The notes under the pieces were generated by a model. That model did no database searches. It saw nothing but the letters and a program-made list of their open reading frames with translations, and was not told the origin of the DNA. Below are positions 45,423 through 55,047 of a stretch of DNA of 64,000 nucleotides, piece by piece. The first letter of the stretch is position 1; each line of letters begins with the position of its first letter. The translations under genes and the position numbers were made by a program. The DNA comes from a virus: positions 6,005-70,004 of IMG/VR virus record IMGVR_UViG_3300046777_001322; one strand, written 5' to 3'.

Positions 45423-48400
45423 ATGAACTACGTACCACTACACTTACATACTCACTTTTCATTATTCGATGGTATTGGGTTGCCATCTGAATATGTAGAT
45501 CGTGCTACAAAGTTGGGTATGCCAGCAATAGCAATTACAGACCATGGCTCCCTTTCTGGCCACAGAGAAATGTATCGCATTGCAAAAGCGAGTGGTGTCA
45601 AACCTATTCTTGGCATAGAAGGTTATATGTGTGAAGATCGCTTTGATCATAGAGATAAAAGCGAAAGAACCGATCAACTTGATATGGTTTATAACCATAT
45701 AATTCTTCTAGCCAAGAATAAGGTTGGATTAGAAAACCTCAATAAATTAAATGAAATTGCTTGGACAGAAGGATATTATAAGAAGCCAAGAATAGACTTT
45801 GAGGTTTTGTCTAAGTACAAGGAAGGCATCATTGTGTCTTCTGCTTGTCCAAGTGGAATCATTGCTAAGTCAATTGAACTTGGTGAACTTGGAATGGCAA
45901 AGAAATATATTAAATGGTTTAAAGAGCAGTTTGGCGATGACTACTACCTTGAGGTAATGCCACATAATGATGAATCAATTAATAGAAATATATTATTGTT
46001 AGCAGATGAGTTTAAGGTTAAGCCTATTGTAACTCCAGACTGTCACCATGTTGATCCATCACAAAAAGAAATTCAAGAGTTAAAGTTAATTCTTAATACT
46101 TATTCTAATAAGATTCAAAAAGATGCTACATATGAAAAGTCCAAAAAGCAAGGGGACTTGATGAAGCGTCTTGACTATTTGTATGGTGCAGATAGACAAA
46201 TGTCATTTAATAAATTTGACATCCATCTATTGTCATATGAAGAAATCAAAGATGCTATGGAGAAGCAAGCAATCTGGAGAACTGATATTTATGAAAATAC
46301 ATTAGACCTTGCTAACAAGATTGAAGATTATGAGATTCAAGATAATCTAAACCTTCTTCCAGTTCAGTATAAAAATCCAGACAAGCAATTAAAAGAATTG
46401 GCTATGGCTGGTTTAGCAGAAAAAGGTCTTGATTCAAAGCAAGAATATCTTGATAGACTCGAAGAAGAGTTGACTGTAATTCAAGATAAAAAGTTTGGTC
46501 CATACTTCCTTGTTGTTCAAAGTATGATATCTTGGGCAAAGAAGGAAAAGATTATGGTAGGTCCTGGTCGTGGATCATCTGCTGGTTCTTTACTTTGTTA
46601 TGCACTTGGTATTACTGATATCGATCCCTTAAAGCATGGACTACTATTCTTCCGATTTATTAATCCAGAGCGTAACGACTTTCCTGATATCGATACAGAT
46701 ATCCAAGATACTCGTCGTGATGAAGTAAAAGATTATTTGGTAAGGCAGTATAAGCATGTTGCATCTATTGCAACATTTTTAGAATTTAAAGATAAGGGTG
46801 TTGTGCGAGATGTTGCTCGTGCATTAAATATTCCATTAGTAGATGTTAATAAGGTTTTGAAGTTGGTAGATACTTGGGATGAGTACTGCACATCAAAAAC
46901 TACTGCATGGTTTAGAGAGAAATATCCAGAGGTGGAGCAATATGGAGAACAACTTCGTGGCCGTATTAGAGGTACTGGCATTCACGCTGCTGGTGTTGTC
47001 ACTAGCAAAAATCCTATTTTTAGGTACGCACCGATGGAGACACGTAATTCTCCTGGTTCCGATGAGCGTATTCCTGTTGTGGCAGTTGATATGGAAGAGG
47101 CTGAGAAAATCGGACTCATCAAAATCGACGCACTTGGTCTTAAAACCTTAAGCGTTATTAACGATACATTAAATATTATTAAGGAGCGAGAGGGCACAGA
47201 GATAGATCTTTTAAGTCTTGATATGGATGATGCCAAGGTTTATCAGATGCTTTCTGAGGGTTATACAAAGGGTGTGTTCCAATGCGAAGCAACACCTTAT
47301 ACTAACCTACTTGTAAAGATGGGCGTAAAGAATCTTGCAGAACTTTCTGCTTCAAATGCTTTAGTTCGTCCAGGTGCAATGAATACTATTGGTAAGGACT
47401 ATATTGAACGTAAGCACGGCAGACAGGCAGTAAATTATTTGCATCAAACCATGAAACCATTCACACAAGAAACATATGGGTGTATCCTATACCAAGAGCA
47501 GGTTATGCAAGCCTGCGTTGAACTTGGAGGGATGTCTTGGTCTGAAGCGGACAAGGTTCGTAAGATCATTGGTAAAAAGAAAGATGCTAGAGAATTTGAT
47601 GCTTTTCGTGATAGGTTCGTTGATGGTGCTTCTAAGTTTATTAGTCCTAATCAGGCTCGTGATTTATGGCATGATTTTGAGGCGCATGCGGGTTATTCGT
47701 TCAACAAGTCTCATGCGGTTGCTTACTCTACGCTCTCGTATTGGACGGCATGGCTAAAATATTATTATCCAATTGAGTTTATGTACTCACTACTTAAGAA
47801 TGAAAGGGACAAAGATGCGAGAACTGAATATCTTATTGAAGCGAAAAGAATGGGCATTAGCATTAAACTACCTCACATTAACGATTCGGATATTGATTTT
47901 AAAATTGAGGGTAAAGGTATTCGGTTTGGATTGTCGGGGATCAAGTTTATCTCTGATAAGATTGCAGAACGATATATATCGGCACGACCTTTTAAGTCTT
48001 TCGAGGAAGTTAAAGCCTTTACATTTACAAAAGGTAATGGAGTCAACAGCAGAGCGCTTGAAGCGTTAAGACTTATCGGAGCAGCAACGTTTCCTGATAA
48101 TCCAAGAAATGATGATGAGTTGCGAGAACATCTTTATGAATATTTAGGTTTGCCAGAATTTACACAAACAGTTCCGTCACACTATCATGCATTTATTAAC
48201 CCAGTAGAGGATTTTGAAGAAAAGGGTTCATTTATTTTAATGGGTATGGTAAAAGGAATTAAGCGTGGCAAAGGTTGGTCTCGTGTTGAGATTTTAGATA
48301 AGACTGGAAGTATTGGAGTATTTGATGAAGAGCAAACTACAATTGAGGCTGGACGAAGTTATATTGCACTCTGTTCTGATAATAGAATTGTTAGTGCTGT

Positions 48401-48701
48401 TCCTGTGGACGAGATAAAAGGATCTGACTCTGCTTTAGTTAAATTCTTAAACTATAGAATGTTGCCATACAAAGACGACGAGTTATTTGTGGTATCCTTT
48501 AAGCCTAGGATAACCAAAGCAGGTAAAAAGATGGCATCGCTTACTCTAGCAGATACTTCTAGAGAGTTGCATTCTGTCACAGTATTTCCTACAGCATTTG
48601 CTAAGGCATACATGAAAATAGAAGAAGGACACGCATACAAGTTTCAATTTGGCAAAACCAAAGATGGTACCGTAATATTGGAGGATATAAATGTCGGTTA
48701 G
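45423..48701 (+). CDS. dnaE: DNA polymerase III alpha subunit
   Basis: PHP domain HLHTHFS..TDHG, GPGRGSSAGS, PDIDTD, HAAGVV, FNKSHAVAY and OB folds. Confidence 0.95.
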   Translation: MNYVPLHLHTHFSLFDGIGLPSEYVDRATKLGMPAIAITDHGSLSGHREMYRIAKASGVKPILGIEGYMCEDRFDHRDKSERTDQLDMVYNHIILLAKNKVGLENLNKLNEIAWTEGYYKKPRIDFEVLSKYKEGIIVSSACPSGIIAKSIELGELGMAKKYIKWFKEQFGDDYYLEVMPHNDESINRNILLLADEFKVKPIVTPDCHHVDPSQKEIQELKLILNTYSNKIQKDATYEKSKKQGDLMKRLDYLYGADRQMSFNKFDIHLLSYEEIKDAMEKQAIWRTDIYENTLDLANKIEDYEIQDNLNLLPVQYKNPDKQLKELAMAGLAEKGLDSKQEYLDRLEEELTVIQDKKFGPYFLVVQSMISWAKKEKIMVGPGRGSSAGSLLCYALGITDIDPLKHGLLFFRFINPERNDFPDIDTDIQDTRRDEVKDYLVRQYKHVASIATFLEFKDKGVVRDVARALNIPLVDVNKVLKLVDTWDEYCTSKTTAWFREKYPEVEQYGEQLRGRIRGTGIHAAGVVTSKNPIFRYAPMETRNSPGSDERIPVVAVDMEEAEKIGLIKIDALGLKTLSVINDTLNIIKEREGTEIDLLSLDMDDAKVYQMLSEGYTKGVFQCEATPYTNLLVKMGVKNLAELSASNALVRPGAMNTIGKDYIERKHGRQAVNYLHQTMKPFTQETYGCILYQEQVMQACVELGGMSWSEADKVRKIIGKKKDAREFDAFRDRFVDGASKFISPNQARDLWHDFEAHAGYSFNKSHAVAYSTLSYWTAWLKYYYPIEFMYSLLKNERDKDARTEYLIEAKRMGISIKLPHINDSDIDFKIEGKGIRFGLSGIKFISDKIAERYISARPFKSFEEVKAFTFTKGNGVNSRALEALRLIGAATFPDNPRNDDELREHLYEYLGLPEFTQTVPSHYHAFINPVEDFEEKGSFILMGMVKGIKRGKGWSRVEILDKTGSIGVFDEEQTTIEAGRSYIALCSDNRIVSAVPVDEIKGSDSALVKFLNYRMLPYKDDELFVVSFKPRITKAGKKMASLTLADTSRELHSVTVFPTAFAKAYMKIEEGHAYKFQFGKTKDGTVILEDINVG

Positions 48702-49704
48702 CATTGAAGACGTATTAGCACAGTTAAACCCTAAGTTAAGAAAGAGCATATTAGTAGGAGATGAAGTTCCAAAGACTGAGTACGCATCAACACCCAGTCA
48801 CGGACTCAATCGTGCCCTAAATGGTGGTCTGCCATATGGAAGACAGGTATTAATATGGGGATCAAAGTCATCTGCTAAATCATCTTTATGTTTGCAGACA
48901 ATTGCATTAGCACAAAAAGAAGGTAAGGTCTGTGCATGGATCGATGCCGAAATGTCGTATGATAAATCATGGGCAGAAAAATTAGGCGTAGATACATCCA
49001 AACTAATTGTTTCTCAGGCTAGAACAATTAATGAAATGGTTGATGTTGGAGTAAATCTAATGGAGGCTGGAGTAGATTTAATCGTTGTAGACTCTATTAC
49101 ATCTCTTCTACCTGCCATTTATTTTGAAAAAGATTCTGACGAACTCAAGCAATTAGAAAACACAAAACAGATTGGTGCAGAGTCTCGTGACTTTAGCAAT
49201 GCATGGAAAATGATTAACTACGCTAATAATAAGGTTAAGCCAACATTGTTTATATTAATTAGTCAATCACGAAATAATATTAATGCAATGTATACAAGCC
49301 AACAGCCAACTGGTGGACAGGCTACTAAATTTTACTCATCTACTGTTGTTAAACTATTTTCATCAGAATCAGATAACCAAGCATTGAAAGGAAAAATATA
49401 TGTTGGTGACAAGGCTATTGAAGAAAAGATTGGTAGAAAGATTAGATGGGAACTCCAGTTTTCAAAAACTAGTGCTGCTTTTCAGTCTGGTGAATATGAT
49501 TTCTATTTTAGAGGCGATACTTTGGGCATTGATTCTGTCGCTGATCTTGTTGATACTGCTGAATCTTTGGGCATAGTTGAAAGAACTGGAGCATGGTATG
49601 TTCTTCCAGATGGGTCAAAGGTTCAAGGTAGAGACGGTTTTGTTAACAGAGTAAGAGAGGATCTTGATCTACAAGAAATGATTAAGACTAAGATCAGTGG
49701 ATAA
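48691..49704 (+). CDS. recA: RecA-like recombinase
   Basis: GGLPYGR, P-loop GSKSSAKS, WIDAE, VVDSI, PTGGQATKFYSS, GAWY. Confidence 0.9.
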   Translation: MSVSIEDVLAQLNPKLRKSILVGDEVPKTEYASTPSHGLNRALNGGLPYGRQVLIWGSKSSAKSSLCLQTIALAQKEGKVCAWIDAEMSYDKSWAEKLGVDTSKLIVSQARTINEMVDVGVNLMEAGVDLIVVDSITSLLPAIYFEKDSDELKQLENTKQIGAESRDFSNAWKMINYANNKVKPTLFILISQSRNNINAMYTSQQPTGGQATKFYSSTVVKLFSSESDNQALKGKIYVGDKAIEEKIGRKIRWELQFSKTSAAFQSGEYDFYFRGDTLGIDSVADLVDTAESLGIVERTGAWYVLPDGSKVQGRDGFVNRVREDLDLQEMIKTKISG

Positions 49705-49873
49705 GTACACAATATTTGAAGGAAAGTTTCCTTGTAAAACTTGTAAAAAAGAAGTAAAAACTATCAGAGTATATACCTCAACTGGAATGGCATCCTGGAT
49801 GTGCTCTGAAAAACATTTATCAGAAGTACATTTATATAAAGTTGGATATAAGAAAGTAAAAAGAGATGAGTGA
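49697..49873 (+). CDS. Small zinc-ribbon protein (58 aa, not in the ORF track)
   Basis: GTG start: MDKYTIFEGKFPCKTCKKEVKTIRVYTSTGMASWMCSEKHLSEVHLYKVGYKKVKRDE. Fills the gap with overlaps at both ends. Confidence 0.65.
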   Translation: MDKYTIFEGKFPCKTCKKEVKTIRVYTSTGMASWMCSEKHLSEVHLYKVGYKKVKRDE

Positions 49874-50156
49874 AAGAGGCGAGAGTAAAAGAATAGGTGC
49901 CAAGCAGCACAAAAATTCTGGTAGAAATACCAAGAAAGGCGATGCTACTTGGGCAAACTTTACTGTAGACTTTAAAGAGAACTCAAAATCTTTTACGCTT
50001 AATCAAGACGTATGGGCTAAAGCAGTAACAGATGCTATACGAAATGGCAATGACCCAGCGATTGTGTTGGTACTTGGCGAAGGTAACAAAAAGGTAAGAC
50101 TTGCTATAATAGAGTTAGAACTACTAGAACAGATGGTGAATAATGGAACAGAGTAA
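49866..50156 (+). CDS. Small PD-(D/E)xK nuclease, Holliday-junction-resolvase-like
   Basis: NSG..KGD..VDFKE..SFTL..W.K motif. Confidence 0.6.
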   Translation: MSERGESKRIGAKQHKNSGRNTKKGDATWANFTVDFKENSKSFTLNQDVWAKAVTDAIRNGNDPAIVLVLGEGNKKVRLAIIELELLEQMVNNGTE

Positions 50157-50448
50157 TACAACGCTTGATATGGTAAACGGTTTGTCAGAAATAGCAGAGT
50201 ACATGGAGGACGAGGAATTAACCTCTGCCCTAACATTTATTGCTAAGATAATTATAAAGCCAGATATCCCCATGAGCGTGGCTACTGTAGAGATAGTTAG
50301 ACTACAGGCAATTGCAGCCAAAATGGCATTTAGGGCTACATGGATGGCTAATGTGGATAAGTCAAATAGAGGAAAGAAAAATATTTACTATACAGCAGCA
50401 GAGTCAATAAATAGTCTTGTGTCTGCTCTCAAATACATCATTAAGTGA
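50143..50448 (+). CDS. Hypothetical helical protein
   Basis: Coupled ORF. Confidence 0.65.
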   Translation: MEQSNTTLDMVNGLSEIAEYMEDEELTSALTFIAKIIIKPDIPMSVATVEIVRLQAIAAKMAFRATWMANVDKSNRGKKNIYYTAAESINSLVSALKYIIK

Positions 50449-50482
50449 TATCTGCTATAATTAATACAAACAAAGGATAACA

Positions 50483-51340
50483 ATGACTAAAAATTTATTG
50501 AAGCAAGTAATGATCAAGAGTCCAGAGAAAAAGCATGAATCTAAAGAAGACACAAGTTTTGTTGACGGATTAATAGAAAAGATAGAATCTGGCTACATGA
50601 CAAAAACAAAGCCAAGGTTTAGTAAGAAGACAAATTTTTCAGCATCCGCTTTAACTTATGGCGCTGGAGAGTGTCCTAGATACTGGTACCTTGCATTTGA
50701 TGGACAGGTTCATTACGACAACTCTGACGCATTTGGTGTTGCAAATAGAACTAATGGAACACTTGGTCACGAAAGAATTCAGGAGGCCATCGAGGCTTCT
50801 GGACTTCTTGATGAAGATATGGAATTCGATCCCATTGAAAGAAAATATAATAAGCAAACTCATCCAGCAATGGAGTTTAGAGTTAAATTAGACGATCCAC
50901 CTTTTGACGGGTATGGAGATGTCATGCTTAAGCATAATGGGGAAAGAATTATTGGTGAAATTAAAACAATAATGAATGAAGGCTTTGAATACAAAAAGAA
51001 TAGTAGAAAGCCTAAGATGGGTCATCTTATGCAATTGCTAATTTATATGAAGGTTTGGAAAGTCGGCAAGGGTGTAATGATTTATGAAAATAAAAATAAT
51101 CATGAGTTGTTGACTTTACCAGTAGTAGTAAACGATCATTACCGTCGGTGGGTAGACCAGGCATTTGATTGGATGAGAACAGTACACAAGTCTTGGAAGG
51201 ATCGAGAGTTGCCACAAAAGCCTTATCGATCTAATTCTAAAATTTGTAAAGTGTGCCCAATCCAAAAAGCATGTGCTGAAGCAGAGGCAGGGGTAGTTAA
51301 AATTAAACCTCTGGAGTTGCTAGAAAATGAAGAGTTGTAG
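50483..51340 (+). CDS. Cas4-like PD-(D/E)xK exonuclease
   Basis: CPRYW, GT..H, GYGD..GEIKT, QLLIY and C-terminal CKVCPIQKAC (four-Cys Fe-S pattern). Confidence 0.8.
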   Translation: MTKNLLKQVMIKSPEKKHESKEDTSFVDGLIEKIESGYMTKTKPRFSKKTNFSASALTYGAGECPRYWYLAFDGQVHYDNSDAFGVANRTNGTLGHERIQEAIEASGLLDEDMEFDPIERKYNKQTHPAMEFRVKLDDPPFDGYGDVMLKHNGERIIGEIKTIMNEGFEYKKNSRKPKMGHLMQLLIYMKVWKVGKGVMIYENKNNHELLTLPVVVNDHYRRWVDQAFDWMRTVHKSWKDRELPQKPYRSNSKICKVCPIQKACAEAEAGVVKIKPLELLENEEL

Positions 51341-51623
51341 ATGGTGCGATCATACATTTGAATCTGATGTATCTTATCAGATATATTGTTCAGAAAAATG
51401 CAGAGAGCAAGCCACTAAAGAAAAAATTGCACAAAGATATATTCAAACTAGACGACAAAAGCGTAAGGGTAAGAATAGAACTTGTAAGCAGTGTGGAGAG
51501 AAGTTGTCCATATATAACGATGAGCCGTTATGTAATCAATGTGTAATCAATCCAATAGATGTTAAAAAAGTTTTAAAACAAGTAAAGGGATTGTCAAATG
51601 ACAAAGGCAAAAGAAACAGATAG
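51327..51623 (+). CDS. Zinc-finger protein
   Basis: CRWC, YCSEKC, CKQC, CNQC. Confidence 0.7.
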   Translation: MKSCRWCDHTFESDVSYQIYCSEKCREQATKEKIAQRYIQTRRQKRKGKNRTCKQCGEKLSIYNDEPLCNQCVINPIDVKKVLKQVKGLSNDKGKRNR

Positions 51624-52218
51624 GTATCCAGAAGGTAACTACGGCAAAAAGCCTGGAGTAATTTGCTCTATAGATGCTAGTACTAATAATCTTGCTTTTG
51701 CAATATATTCATATAACAAATTAGATTGTTATGGAAAAATAACATTTAATGGTAGGGATATATATGAGAAGATAACTGATGCATGTAAAAAGTCTAAGGC
51801 ATTGTTTGATCATTATAACTTGGTTGAGGCTATTGTTATTGAGCATACAGTCTTTATGAATAGTCCAAAAACTGCAGCAGACCTCGCATTAATACAGGGT
51901 GGAATCTTGGGTGGTGCTGGTTTATCTGGTATCAAGGTTATTGGCAAGGTATCTCCAATTACTTGGCAAAATTATTTAGGAAATAAAAGATTAACTAAAG
52001 AAGAACAGATTAGGATTAGATCTCTAAATCCTGGAAAGTCAGACTCATGGTATAAATCTTATGAGCGTGAATTTAGGAAGCAAAGAACAATAAAACTATT
52101 AGATGTTATTTATGATAAGAAAATAACAGACAATGATGTTGCAGATGCATGTGGCATTGGTCACTGGTCAATAAATAACTGGAATAAGGCTATTGGATTT
52201 GACAAGGATGAATCATGA
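51598..52218 (+). CDS. RuvC-like resolvase
   Basis: SIDAS..LAFA, IVIEH, PITWQ, DNDVADACGIG. Confidence 0.75.
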   Translation: MTKAKETDRYPEGNYGKKPGVICSIDASTNNLAFAIYSYNKLDCYGKITFNGRDIYEKITDACKKSKALFDHYNLVEAIVIEHTVFMNSPKTAADLALIQGGILGGAGLSGIKVIGKVSPITWQNYLGNKRLTKEEQIRIRSLNPGKSDSWYKSYEREFRKQRTIKLLDVIYDKKITDNDVADACGIGHWSINNWNKAIGFDKDES

Positions 52219-52370
52219 GTGCTAAACTATATACAAGTGAATTATGGCTTAAAAAGAGATATCATATTGATAAGAAATCTCCAGAGGCTATAGCAAAAGA
52301 ATGTGGGGTAAGCGTGGAAACTATTTATGTATATCTTGCTAAGTTTGGATTAAGGAAGTCAAAGAGATGA
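52215..52370 (+). CDS. Small HTH protein (51 aa, not in the ORF track)
   Basis: MSAKLYTSELWLKKRYHIDKKSPEAIAKECGVSVETIYVYLAKFGLRKSKR, with ATGA overlaps at both ends. Confidence 0.75.
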   Translation: MSAKLYTSELWLKKRYHIDKKSPEAIAKECGVSVETIYVYLAKFGLRKSKR

Positions 52371-52729
52371 AGTTAGAGCCAGTCTTTCCAGATTCACAAC
52401 AATTTAAGTGTGAGGATTTATATTTACTTACAGTAGGAACAGAGGCTGGAAAAGAAATACTAGAAACCTGCCATGAAATTGCCCACATGTTGGTAAAAAA
52501 GAATATTGCTTATGGTAACTCAGCCCTTGAACCTGTACGTATATTTTCAAAAGCGGGACCAAGAGAGCAACTCCATGTCCGTATTGATGATAAATTAAAT
52601 AGGCTTATGAAGGGTACAGAGTATCCAGGAGATAATGACATTGATGACTTAATAGGCTACTTGGTATTACTCAAAATAGCAAAGTCAAATGATTTAGGAA
52701 CTCAGGGGGATTATAAACTTGTCAACTGA
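52367..52729 (+). CDS. DUF1599/Nmad1-like helical protein
   Basis: KNIAYGNS..RIDDKLNRL..DIDDLIGYLVL. Confidence 0.6.
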   Translation: MKLEPVFPDSQQFKCEDLYLLTVGTEAGKEILETCHEIAHMLVKKNIAYGNSALEPVRIFSKAGPREQLHVRIDDKLNRLMKGTEYPGDNDIDDLIGYLVLLKIAKSNDLGTQGDYKLVN

Positions 52730-53252
52730 AGAGGATTTAATTAAGCATCTTGACGAAATTAATAATGTTGTAGGAGAGTATCTAAAGGGAAATGATGCAA
52801 CAAAAATTTCCAAAGATCTTTCAATACCAAGAACTCGTGTAGTTCAGCACATCAATGAATGGAAGGTTATGGCATCTGCTAATGACGCTATTCGTGCTCG
52901 TGCCAAGGAAGCACTTGCTGTTGCAGATACCCACTATAATAAACTAATCTCAAAATCATATGAAGTTATTGATGAGGCTACACTAACAAACAACCTTGGT
53001 GCAAAGACACAAGCAATTAAACTTGTTATGGACATTGAGTCAAAAAGAATTGATATGTTACAGAAGGCAGGACTACTAGAAAACAAAGAACTTGCAGAAG
53101 AGATGCTACAAATAGAAAAGAAGCAGGAAGTGCTTATGGCAATTCTTAGAGATATTGCTTCTGAATATCCACAGGTTCGTGATGAGATTATGCGTAGACT
53201 TTCTGATGTTGCTAAAAAGGATGAAGTGATCACAATTGTCCATGATGTTTGA
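52719..53252 (+). CDS. Probable terminase small subunit
   Basis: N-terminal HTH-like segment and coiled coil, directly upstream of the large subunit. Confidence 0.55.
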   Translation: MSTEEDLIKHLDEINNVVGEYLKGNDATKISKDLSIPRTRVVQHINEWKVMASANDAIRARAKEALAVADTHYNKLISKSYEVIDEATLTNNLGAKTQAIKLVMDIESKRIDMLQKAGLLENKELAEEMLQIEKKQEVLMAILRDIASEYPQVRDEIMRRLSDVAKKDEVITIVHDV

Positions 53253-55020
53253 TGATTTCTTAGAGGCACTTGCCGATAATCATTTTGAGGAAACTCCAGT
53301 CGATGCAAAGACGTTTGTTGAGTCTCCAGATTATTTAGGTCAGCCAGGATTATCTGATATCCAGTATGACATTGTTGAGGCAATGAGTCAGGTTTATCGC
53401 AAAGAAGATCTTATAAATATTATGGGAGAAGAAGAAGGGTCAAAATACTATGACAAATACACAAAGAATGAAATCATTCTACAACTTGGCAAAGGTAGCG
53501 GTAAAGACTTCACCTCTACTGTGGCTTGCGCTTATATTGTATACAAACTACTATGTCTCAAAGATCCAGCAAAGTACTTCGGAAAACCATCAGGGGATGC
53601 GATAGATTTAATTAACGTTGCTATTAACGCTCAACAGGCTAAAAACGTTTTCTTTAAGGGTTTCAAATCAAAGATTGAAAGATCTCCATGGTTTGCTGGC
53701 AAGTATGAGGCAAAGGTAGACTCTATTAGTTTTGATAAATCTGTTACGGTTTATTCTGGACACTCTGAGCGTGAATCTCATGAGGGTTTAAATCTTTTGC
53801 TTGCGGTGCTCGATGAGATTTCTGGTTTTGCATCTGAAGTTGCAACTGGTAATGAGCAGGGTAAGACTGCTGACAACATCTACAAAGCATTCCGTGGATC
53901 AGTAGACTCTCGTTTCCCTGATCTTGGAAAGGTAGTATTGTTGTCATTTCCTCGATATAATGGAGACTTTATTTCTGAGCGGTATGAAGCAGTAGTTGCA
54001 GATAAAGAAGTAGTGACTAAAACACATAGATTTATTATTAATCCATTACTTCCAGATGATGATAAGGATAATTGGTTTGATATTACTTGGGACGAAGATC
54101 ACATTAAGTCTTATAAGTACCCTGGAGTTTTTGCTATTAAAAGACCTACTTGGGAAGTAAACCCAACAAGAAAGGTTGATGATTTTAAAATTGCATTCAT
54201 GACAGACCTTGGTGACGCAATGATGCGTTTTGCTTGTGTTCCTACATATGCATCAGATGCTTTTTTTAAACAAGCAGACAAGGTTCGTGCTTGTATGACA
54301 TCCAGAAATCCACTGGATCAATTCAGAAGATTTGAAGAAAACTTTAAGCCAGATCCAGATAAGGTTTATTATGTTCATGCTGACCTTGCACAGAAACACG
54401 ATAAGTGTGCTGTTGCAATTGCACATGTTGAGAAGTGGGTCAATGTTCAGGTAATTAAAGACTATGAGCAGATATCACCTATTGTTGTTGTAGATGCTGT
54501 TGCATGGTGGGAACCAAAAGTAGAGGGACCAGTAAATCTTTCAGAGGTAAAGCAGTGGATACAAAATTTACGCAGACTTGGATTTAATATAGGGCTAGTT
54601 ACTTTTGACCGTTGGCAGTCCTTTGATATTCAAAATGAATTGCAAGCGGTAGGTATGAGAACAGAAACTGTTTCTGTAGCCAAGAAGCATTATGAAGATA
54701 TGGCTATGCTTGTATATGAGCAAAGACTAGTAATGCCTGCTATTGAACTTTTGTTTGAAGAACTAACAGAACTTAAGATTATGAAAAATGACAAGGTAGA
54801 TCACCCACGCAAAAAATCTAAAGACCTTGCTGATGCTGTGTGTGGCTCTATCTTTGGTGCAATATCTTATACACCCAGAGATCAAAACCTTGAGGTCGAG
54901 GTTCATACATTTAGAGGACAGCCCCGTAGAGTTGACACGCTCCCTGAGAACGTGATACAATATAAACCTAGCCAAATAGAAGATATAAAAGACTATCTGG
55001 ATAGATTAAAAACAATATAA
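53236..55020 (+). CDS. terL: Terminase large subunit
   Basis: Walker A GKGSGKD, Walker B AVLDE, nuclease HADLA..D, FDRWQS, DHP..SKDLADA. Start may be 53242 or 53245. Confidence 0.9.
   Translation: MSMMFDDFLEALADNHFEETPVDAKTFVESPDYLGQPGLSDIQYDIVEAMSQVYRKEDLINIMGEEEGSKYYDKYTKNEIILQLGKGSGKDFTSTVACAYIVYKLLCLKDPAKYFGKPSGDAIDLINVAINAQQAKNVFFKGFKSKIERSPWFAGKYEAKVDSISFDKSVTVYSGHSERESHEGLNLLLAVLDEISGFASEVATGNEQGKTADNIYKAFRGSVDSRFPDLGKVVLLSFPRYNGDFISERYEAVVADKEVVTKTHRFIINPLLPDDDKDNWFDITWDEDHIKSYKYPGVFAIKRPTWEVNPTRKVDDFKIAFMTDLGDAMMRFACVPTYASDAFFKQADKVRACMTSRNPLDQFRRFEENFKPDPDKVYYVHADLAQKHDKCAVAIAHVEKWVNVQVIKDYEQISPIVVVDAVAWWEPKVEGPVNLSEVKQWIQNLRRLGFNIGLVTFDRWQSFDIQNELQAVGMRTETVSVAKKHYEDMAMLVYEQRLVMPAIELLFEELTELKIMKNDKVDHPRKKSKDLADAVCGSIFGAISYTPRDQNLEVEVHTFRGQPRRVDTLPENVIQYKPSQIEDIKDYLDRLKTI
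54932..54961 (+). promoter_or_regulatory. SigA-type promoter inside the terminase 3' end, serving 55048
   Basis: TTGACA-N18-TACAAT with a TG extension. Confidence 0.55.
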
Positions 55021-55047
55021 AACACAATGAATAATACAAGGAGAAAA

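Noticed and set aside
50483-51340. CRISPR-Cas system suggested by the Cas4-like gene
   Set aside because: No cas1, cas2, effector genes or repeat-spacer array. The context is recombination.
8426-55020. Inteins or introns in RNR, DnaB, DnaE, RecA or TerL
   Set aside because: Lengths are ordinary, motifs are contiguous, and no splice-junction or homing-endonuclease motifs were seen.
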